Source: Paramecium tetraurelia
Lineage: Eukaryota
Assembly: GCA_000165425.1 (NCBI GenBank)
Contig: CT868657.1
Location: 208,205 to 272,204, forward strand
Direction of reading: 5' to 3'
DNA: 64,000 nt
Positions 55,613-64,000 of this stretch are shown here, piece after piece. The translations under genes and the position numbers were made by a program. The stretch's first letter is position 1; every line of letters starts with the position of its first letter. Under the pieces are notes generated by a model. It saw only the letters and a program-made list of their open reading frames with translations, made no database searches and was not told where the DNA came from.

Positions 55613-57263
55613 ATGTTATACTTTTTGTAATCAATTGATCAGTTTGGAGTTGAGTAAAAACTGTAAATTCCCCCAATTAACCCTACATAAAAAAGTGCTT
55701 TAGGAGGATTAATAACTCTCGCTTTATATGGAGTCAGCTTAGGATATTTTCTATTCCAATTCATTGATTGGCAAACAAATAATAAACTTCCTAAAATTAC
55801 TTCTCTATATTAATAGATTGATGCTAACTAAACTATTGTATAAAGTGGAGTATTTATTGAGATTTCTTATTATTAAAAGCTGAATAATTAGATTGATCCT
55901 TTTAATCCCAAACAATTGATCTTTAATCCAATTTTCTAATTAGTACCAAATAATTGGGATGAAGTAATAATACAATAATTATTTATAGTTATCAAACTTA
56001 ACTCTTCGTTTCGAATAAGAATAGTCAGAAAGTGGTAAAATTATCAATAAGTTTTTTATTGATGATATTGAAATTATAAAATCACAACCTGCCTAATCTC
56101 AAATAAGTTCAAGAGAATATTAATTATTACTTGGGTATTGTAGATAAGATCAATTAATACAAGGACACTAGTGTGCTGATGAAGAAACTATCAATCAATT
56201 TTATGATCAAGAGAACTATTTTCAAGTTTAATTATACATTGAATAGTTCAATCCAAAAACTAAGCAATTCAAAAAAGTTCCGAAATTTTTTATTTTTGAC
56301 ATGATGCCAGGTTCGCTTTTTTAAAATTAATTTACTTTATAAGCAGGTGAATTGGAATTAGATGATGGATTTTTCTTACCAAAAAACACCAAGTATTCCT
56401 ATCTCTCTGATGTATAGATTATATAGACAACTTATGATTGGCCATATTCAAGAAAGGTTTATGGGGAAGAATTAATTTCCCTTTTATTTTTTACTTTAGA
56501 TTAAATAAAACTAGTAAACAATGTTGAATATCCAAAAATATCTGAGATACTTGCAGATACTGGCTCAATTATATAATGGATTCTTTCAATTTCATTTTTA
56601 GTTTCTAAATATAATGAGAATATTTGTTTGTAAAAAGCTTAGAGAGAGATAATTAGTATGTACTATCATGATTTCACAGATTTTTAAATAAATAAGAATT
56701 GGTTAAGTAAAATAAAGAGTGTCAACTTTAAAGGGAGAGAGTATGATCCTTCTAAATCAGAAGAAATCTTGAATAGATTGAATCGAATGGCAGTTGAAAA
56801 GATGAATTATTTGAATTTATAAAATGAAGTAGCTAAGTAATCAAGATTTTTATTAAACTTTTAGATTATAATTAATATTATAAGAACATTTAGGGTTATA
56901 GCAAATTAAAAAATATTTAGAAACAAAATATAAGCTTGAACATCTATTTGATAAATTATGTATACCTGAGAAGAACATACAATCTACGAATCAAATTGTA
57001 ATTTAATTAGTTATAATAAGCTTCCATCAGACAATTAATATATAAGAAATCAATAATAATAGCTGAGTTCGGAGACTGATATCTTGCATTAAAAAGAGAT
57101 TACTTTAGATTAAGAATTTGATGAAAGAATCTATTTATTAGTCAGTAAAAATATACGAAAGCTACTACCATCATCTCCTCCAAACCAAGAAAATTAAGAT
57201 AGTTCACAAAATATCAATTTATAGGTGATGAATCTTGAATAATCATAATCATACTTGAAATGA
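55613..57263 (+). CDS. Two-TM membrane protein with large loop (ciliate family), tandem copy 2
   Basis: Colinear paralog of copy 1 with shared intron positions; TGA 57261-57263. Confidence 0.8.
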
Positions 57264-57464
57264 ATATTTAAGTTAAATTTAATAAGAATTATATTATATT
57301 TTTAACTCGACCTCCAATCATTTTTTAATTCTATTATATCTCACAGATTAATCAAAAATGAAACATATTCTTAATTGATTAAAATCTTATTTTTTAGTTA
57401 CAATGCCAAATTAAAAATACTTGATTCATTTATTATATGATATAAAATCATTTACATGAGCTTT

Positions 57465-58575
57465 TCAGGCAAGAACTATTTCCTTGCCATTTAATTGTAC
57501 TTTTTTCCCTTTATATTTTTCCTTTGCTGTTTAAATATAATCTAAAAATTTCGGATCAATTTATTCTAAATCAATCTATGTATTAGGGGGAAGTCCATTA
57601 CCAATAGATGGATCATAAGTTTCTATGTCAGCAAATGTACATAGTGGTGCAATAGGATAAGAAGTACCTTAAATAAATTGATTGAATTATATATACCATC
57701 AGTTTCATAGACATTTTAAAAAGGAAGGAACCATAAATATGAGTAATTAAAAAACCATGCTGCATTGGCTATCCATCCACGATTATATAGATTAGAATTT
57801 TTTGTTACTGAAGATGAACAACACATACAACCATTTGATCCATTCCTCATTTACTCTATAGTTGTTTAGTTTGTGAAAACTAAAATAGAATGATAGCAAA
57901 ACAAAAAGAATAACATAGCACAAGTGGGATACAATACCAAACTTGTAAAGGTCCAATACAAGTAGAAAAAAGTGGTTTGTTGTGAAAAAAAACCTTGATC
58001 ATTTCTATAGAGATCCTTAAAATACACATAAGATGCCCAGCTATATTGAATTGCCCCAATCTAAACATAATTAAGTAACATGTACTGTCATATACATTGT
58101 AAATAAATAAAATGCCCTGTGATTTCTAAGTCCCACACAATTATTAATCCAAGGGCAGTGATGATCCATTTTTAATATGCATTATTAGCACATAGAGCAA
58201 TGATGAGCTCTGATTGGTTTCCATTTGTTGCATACTGTACAAGCTGCATTATTTTTATAGATAGGATCAATTCTTCTATTATCAGGTGCTAATGGCGTTC
58301 TCTAAGCAGTAATATTTTTTATTGTTATTGCTTGATAGTATGACCACATCGCCATTACATATACCAAATAGATCAAAAGATTTTGTATGTTTTAAGAAAC
58401 ACTGTCTAGTTTTAAATCAAAGTACTAATTTTATTCTTCATTTTACAAATTATTCTAAAATCACACAATTAGTAGGCATTAAGACAGTGAAAAATATTAC
58501 AAATGGCCCTGCTTATTTGCTGAATTGGTTCATCTTACTTACCCTTTTTTGATGCGGTTGTTTTATTGGAAGCAT
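57465..58575 (-). CDS. DHHC palmitoyltransferase
   Basis: [44 protein letters not shown]. Confidence 0.94.
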
Positions 58576-59637
58576 TTAATAATTAAAATAATAATTTTTT
58601 GATATTTTTTAATAAAGAACAATCAATTAGCGAATTTTATAGTTAAATAAGAAAGTGTTTTCCATAAAGAAACTATCCTATTAATAACCAATAATACTAG
58701 TTATTCTATTATACTCTATTATTAGGATCTTAAATGAATCTTTACTTTCAATTTTTGAATTAGTCTCCTTGTAATTTATATGTTGTACATTTATGCTTAC
58801 ATAAAATACTTTTATCTAACAATATTTTCAGATATAGAATTAATAATTTTTATTATTTATTTATGAATAGGATTATGATTAATTTATTGTCATAAGAATT
58901 TATATTCTATAAAAACTATAAAAAGCATAACTTTAAAAAGAAAGATTGATAGATAATATAATCAAGGTACTCATTTCAATGATTATTTACTTATAGTTGA
59001 CTAAATCGATAGTATTAGTAATTAAACCAAATTTTTGAAAGTTCTATAAAAACTTGAATTTTATAGAAGCAATATCTTATAGTACAGGTGTCATAATTAT
59101 TACCAGACATATAAGAAAGCAAGACAGTAGATTTATAGAACTATCAATTTAGATAAATTTGTACTTTATTAATCACCTTACTTAAGTAGGTTAGTGTGTA
59201 TAAAAATAAATAAAATTTTTTTAATATTCAATATAAATTTTATTAGCTGTATTGTAAAACCTTATTATTTAATTACATTAAAATGAACTGTTTTAATGAG
59301 AACACATCAGAAGATGAAAAGTATAAAAATCTGTATCTCCTTTAGTATATTAACCTCATTTATTATATTAATACAAAATTAGAAATAATTATGATAATTT
59401 AAATGAACATTTTTCATTTATAAAGATTTGAGTTGATAATATGAATAAAATAAATACATATTTATGATTAAAAGTTTGGATCAAATTATTGTCTTGTATC
59501 GGTGTTTGAAGAGTACTACCTTAATTGCCGAGAGTCTAATTCTAATAGTTGTGTGTTACTTGTTATAGAGGAGATTCCTTTAGAATATTTAATTTATTTT
59601 CAATTATAAAAATTACCAATAATTAAATTTTATATAT

Positions 59638-60595
59638 ATGACAGAAAAGCAATAAGAATTCAATCCCTTGTTAATAGCATTTTATTCAGGTCTTGCATCT
59701 ATGGTTGGAGATATGATTATGTTTCCTTTTGACACAATCGGAACAAGAATCAAAGCACATAAATCTGAGTTCTTGGGAATGAAGCAAGGATATGATCTTA
59801 TTGTAAAGAATGAAGGATTTAAATATTTATTCAAAGGATTTTCTACTACAGTGATGGGTATGAAGTTTTACTTATCATTAGGTTCATTTCTTCCTTATGG
59901 TTCATATTTTTTGGCTTATGAGTATATGAATTATTATGCAATTAAATTAACAAAAGGCTTAGAGAAGGATGGCGAGAAGAGTAAGTTAAACTTATTGATT
60001 CCTCTCATTACTTCCCCCTTGGCCGAAGCTGTGTCTGTCGTAAGTATAAATATATAACTATACAGCCTATATTCCCTTTGATACCCTGAGAACCAGAATG
60101 TAGATGAATGTTCCTGAATATAATTATAAAGGAATATTTTCAGGATTGATGGAAATTTCTAGAAAAGAAGGTTGGGTTCGTTTATTCTAAGCATCTTACT
60201 TATACATGGCCTCAGTAGTTGTCTACACAACATTCCAGATGTGGTTCTATGAATTGTTGAGATATGAAATCTTGAGATAAAGGGCTGACCAAAAAGTACA
60301 CAATCAGCCTTTGGCAATTCATCAATCGGTTATTGCAACAATGATTTCAACTGCCTTGGCTGCAGCCATAGTCAATCCTGTTGATTTTATCATTACTAGA
60401 TACTAACTTGTCGATAGTAGTTAGCAATAATTGTCTGTCAAATAGTTGGTGCAAGATGCTTGGTACTAAGAAGGAAAAAAAGCATTTCTTAAAGGTTTGG
60501 GCACAAGAGTATTTCAATGCAGCTTATTTTCTATCTTTTATTTTCCAGTTTACGATCATTTTAAATCAAAGTATGGAATCACTTTGGCAGATTGA
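59638..60595 (+). CDS. Mitochondrial carrier (SLC25 family)
   Basis: Three carrier motifs PFDTIGTR, PFDTLRTR, PVDFIITR with EG..F/LFKG segments. Confidence 0.92.
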
Positions 60596-60712
60596 GTAGA
60601 GGAATAAAAGTGTGACTTTGTATAATGTATATGATTTTAATTAAATATCAATCGGATAAATTATGAATATAAAATACAGTTCAATTTTATTGAAGAATAA
60701 AGATGGAAAATC

Positions 60713-61059
60713 TCAAAATTCATCTGATATTAAGTCTGAAGATATTGAATCAATACTGGCAAATTGCTCTTCAAATATAAAAAGGTTACCTAGATTTTTA
60801 TAGATAAATAATTACTTGAAGAATTAGTTGTGCGGCTTCTTGAATGTGATTCAGTAAGACGAAGCCCATTATAATCTTCCCTAATTAAGTCACTTTGGTT
60901 TAAGATTATTGATTTTAAATCCGGCAATAACATTTGATCACTACTTATACTATCTTAACTAGTATCAGGAGCATCAACTCTCTTTTAAAGGCATTGAATA
61001 TCATCTGAAAAGTATGCTTTCATGTTTGAGACAATTTTAAAGTTTTATACTGATTTCAT
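60713..61059 (-). CDS. Small hypothetical Ser/Asp-rich protein
   Basis: MKSVQNFKIVSNMKAYFSDD...one inferred intron...FEEQFASIDSISSDLISDEF-TGA. Confidence 0.4.
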
Positions 61060-61428
61060 GTTTTAATTATTAGTTATTGCTGAATAATTAAATCTTTTAA
61101 AATATTCATCAATAAAGTATGTCTTTATTGATTAATTATTACCAGATATTCAAAAATCTTGCTGGAGACAATTAGCTTTCAGTGTATTAATTAATTTTTT
61201 GAATAAAAAACGACTAGAAAAACAAAAAAATCAATATAAACTATAAATATATAACTTTGAAATGAATTTTATATGTTATCCTATTATACATATTATTTTT
61301 GGAACAGTAGCTTATAGAATAATTTAGATATGGATAAAAATAGGCCTTTAAAATATGATATTATAAATAAATTAGAGAAATTTATAACTGCAAATTCGTA
61401 GTAAAAGTTTATTAAAATCTCAATTTAT

Positions 61429-61799
61429 TCATATAAAATGCACTTTTTTATTATGAGACGACTTTCTTTTCTAACTTTTACTGCTTCTACTTCTTTGTGA
61501 TTTTTTCAAAATTCCCTATGACATATAGCTTTGGGCATATGTTGAAGTGTCTGTTTGCTACTAATACTACTATTAGATTTCACGAAGCTTTTAGGCTTCT
61601 TTTTGTTGCAATAAATCAGATTTGATTCTTCTGTGTGATGTATTGTTCTAGAAATGCTCATCCAATAATCTAAATGTAAATTTCAATATTACTCTGGGGA
61701 AATGTCATCTGAGCTGTCTGGCATTATTTATCTGGCAATAGTACTCTTTAGAAAGTAGGTCTTGATAAACTAAAATTAGCCTTGAGGATGTTGATTCAT
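61429..61799 (-). CDS. Small disordered protein with GILK + KKVHF motifs
   Basis: MNQHPQG...one 23-nt intron...QGILKKSQRSRSSKSQKRKSSHNKKVHFI-TGA. Confidence 0.65.
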
Positions 61800-61943
61800 T
61801 TGACTATTAATAATTAACTTTTTTTGATAGGAAATTATTAATCTTCATTTCCTATTGACATCATTAATAGTGTATTGAGTATATATTTAGAATTTAATAA
61901 TAGTTTATAGAATATAAATTAAAATGATATTCAATATTAAGAT

Positions 61944-62420
61944 TCATTACTTCTACTTCACTTAATATTTATTAATAGCTGTTTAAACTATTTATCTGTA
62001 TTCCAAAGTGCAATGAGATGGAATGGAGAAGGAGACCTTTTTTTGACTCTACGTCTCCTTGTTATTGCGGTTTTTTAGTAATCCTTTTGGTTTTATAGCT
62101 AAATCAAGTTGTTCAGTCAAATCGTGATGTTTATTTGGCTTCAAAGTGTTTTTAGTCCCTTAAGTCTTTGATCTGGTTCTCCCAGTGATTTCTTCATCAT
62201 CATTATTGCAAGTAAATTCATAATCCTCTTCTCTTTCAGAGACTAAGACAGGAGAGTGCATATGGAAGTATTATTTTATGTGGTCAAATTTATTTGATAC
62301 TATAGCATGTGGAATTGTTTTAAAATGATATAATCTAACTAAGCCTCCATTATGTTCATCTTTAAAAGTAAGACTAATATTAATCAATCAAGGAAAGTAC
62401 TTAAGAGTCTGATCAAGCAT
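61944..62420 (-). CDS. Small disordered protein with GLLK + KKVSF motifs
   Basis: MLDQTLN (one intron)...PKGLLKNRNNKETQSQKKVSFSI...TGA. Confidence 0.65.
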
Positions 62421-62460
62421 AAGTATTAATTTTTGATAAAATAATTTATATTCAAAGTTG

Positions 62461-63087
62461 TCACAATTCGATTTTGTAATATAATGGATAATTACAATTA
62501 GTATAAATAATCGATTTATTTTATCGTTTGTTAGACTACCGTCTCTATAAACTTCTAGTTCTTTTGAAATTTTGTTAAACTCTGACTTATTCTGTTATTA
62601 AAAATCTAACTGATTTTATAGTTTGAGATGAATTAGGTGATTAGGAATCACTATTAAATCTACTTTTTTTTATTATCCCTTTGTATTTTTATTTTTATTT
62701 AGATTAATTATTTAATATTGGAGGAGAATAGCTTATTTTTTTAATACTTAATCTCTGATCGTGTTAAAAAGAACAATCATTAGTCTGATGTGCATTTATT
62801 CTCATTGTTGTTGGACATGAATTATTAAATTATGATTATGCGCAGACTTGTGAAGATTTTTCAGATATTGCCTACATCGGACTACCTGGATCTTCAGGTT
62901 ATTGAGGGTGTTCTTCTTCATTCTACAATTGTTATTTAGTTTTATTGCTTTCTAAAATCTACTTTTCAGGAAACCTATATTTTAAAGTTTAATAAGCTTA
63001 ATGCTTTTGTTATTCTACTTCATCAATAGAGAGCAGACTTTATAATAATACCATGGAATTTTAGGTTTAAGAACATTTAATTCCCAT
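62461..63087 (-). CDS. Small, probably acylated (MGxxC) protein with GIIK + KSVRF motifs
   Basis: Intronless 208 aa: MGIKCSQ...KGIIKKSRFNSDSQSPNSSQTIKSVRFL...TGA. Confidence 0.65.
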
Positions 63088-64000
63088 AATGATGCGTTTC
63101 AACAATTATATGTTATCAATAATATATACTTTATCAAAATTCTAAAAAATTCTAAGAATTCAAAATTTATAATTGAAGAAGTAAAGAATAATCTTTATAA
63201 CTAAGATTTCTAATTTGATTTTCTAAAAGCAATAAAAAAAACTGCTATGAATTAAATTTTGATTATTCCTTATCTATTTTTTCAAAGTATAATAAATTGC
63301 TTTTTGTTGAATGTTTTCCAGATCAGTGTTCTGAATTTTCTAATGAGGATTTCCTCTTAATTTTAAGTCATAAAAATTTCGACTTAAATTGTATATAATA
63401 GGTATATGAACTTTCTCTTTCATCATGCAATAAAGAAATTAATTCAAATAATTTGCTAAGAGTTTCTACTAAATAGTAAAAAAAATACTTTTTAATAAAT
63501 TAACAATTTTGAACTCCATTTAAAATGATATATAAAGTATCCTTAAGGAAAAATTGAAAAATGTCTAGAGGAAAATTTAATTTAAAATAATTTGAATTTT
63601 ATATAATAAATTGAAGATGTAAAAAACAGAAAAAGTGAAATTATTCAAAATAACAGAAATAGAATGGCTGCTTCTACTTGATTCAGTGGTTCAAAAGAAA
63701 GGATACAAAAAGGGTTCAACCATTTTGAATGTCAGAATAGGTGATTTATGACTTAATTGAATGTTAAATTTCTTGGAACCTATGAGTTGAATCATTTAAT
63801 TAGAATTCAATCATGTTCAAAATAACCTGAAGTTAACATAATTGATTGGCAATTATTTTTCAATTTAATTTAGTATATGATGCATGTAATACATTTTATT
63901 TAGCAAGAAATTGCATAAATTAATAATCTAATGAACTTCTGAATTTTCAATAATAATTCATTGCAAAATCTTCAACTAGGAGATTATCATAATGTGATTC

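Noticed and set aside
1..64000. Apparent mass pseudogenisation (many TAA/TAG stops and frameshifts)
   Set aside because: Explained by translation table 6 and tiny introns
63560..64000. Possible gene start at window end
   Set aside because: Early TGA and no recognisable protein

Overview
AT-rich, gene-dense eukaryotic DNA read with the ciliate genetic code: TAA/TAG = Gln and TGA is the only stop. Genes carry tiny GT-AG introns of about 20-29 nt, which points to a Paramecium macronuclear chromosome. The supplied standard-code ORF track therefore shows only fragments or artefacts. I manually retranslated about 33 genes. Recognisable ones are an EF-1alpha 3' end, a myristoylated pseudokinase, a CNBD K+ channel, the YME1/FtsH protease, two tandem SOS1-like Na+/H+ exchangers, a PAS/TmcB-like membrane protein, bZIP, HSF and 3R-Myb factors, a SCAPER-like protein, an aspartic protease, a PP2C, mL41, glycine-cleavage T protein, a CID protein, V-ATPase subunit C, thiolase, sestrin, a TBC Rab-GAP, glutamine synthetase, a DHHC palmitoyltransferase and a mitochondrial carrier. 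Five items are most notable: (1) a bacterial-type RNase III + dsRBD protein with its catalytic acids replaced; (2) a tandem pair of 2-TM, large-ectodomain proteins resembling DEG/ENaC-type channels; (3) three consecutive small disordered proteins, each with GILK-type plus RVxF PP1-docking motifs; (4) a Zn-finger/coiled-coil/TM/glycosylated-stalk protein ending in a domain I cannot name; (5) a PP2C lacking a metal ligand. Coordinates come from manual translation, and some starts and ends are approximate. No rRNA, tRNA, CRISPR array, telomere or transposon was seen.
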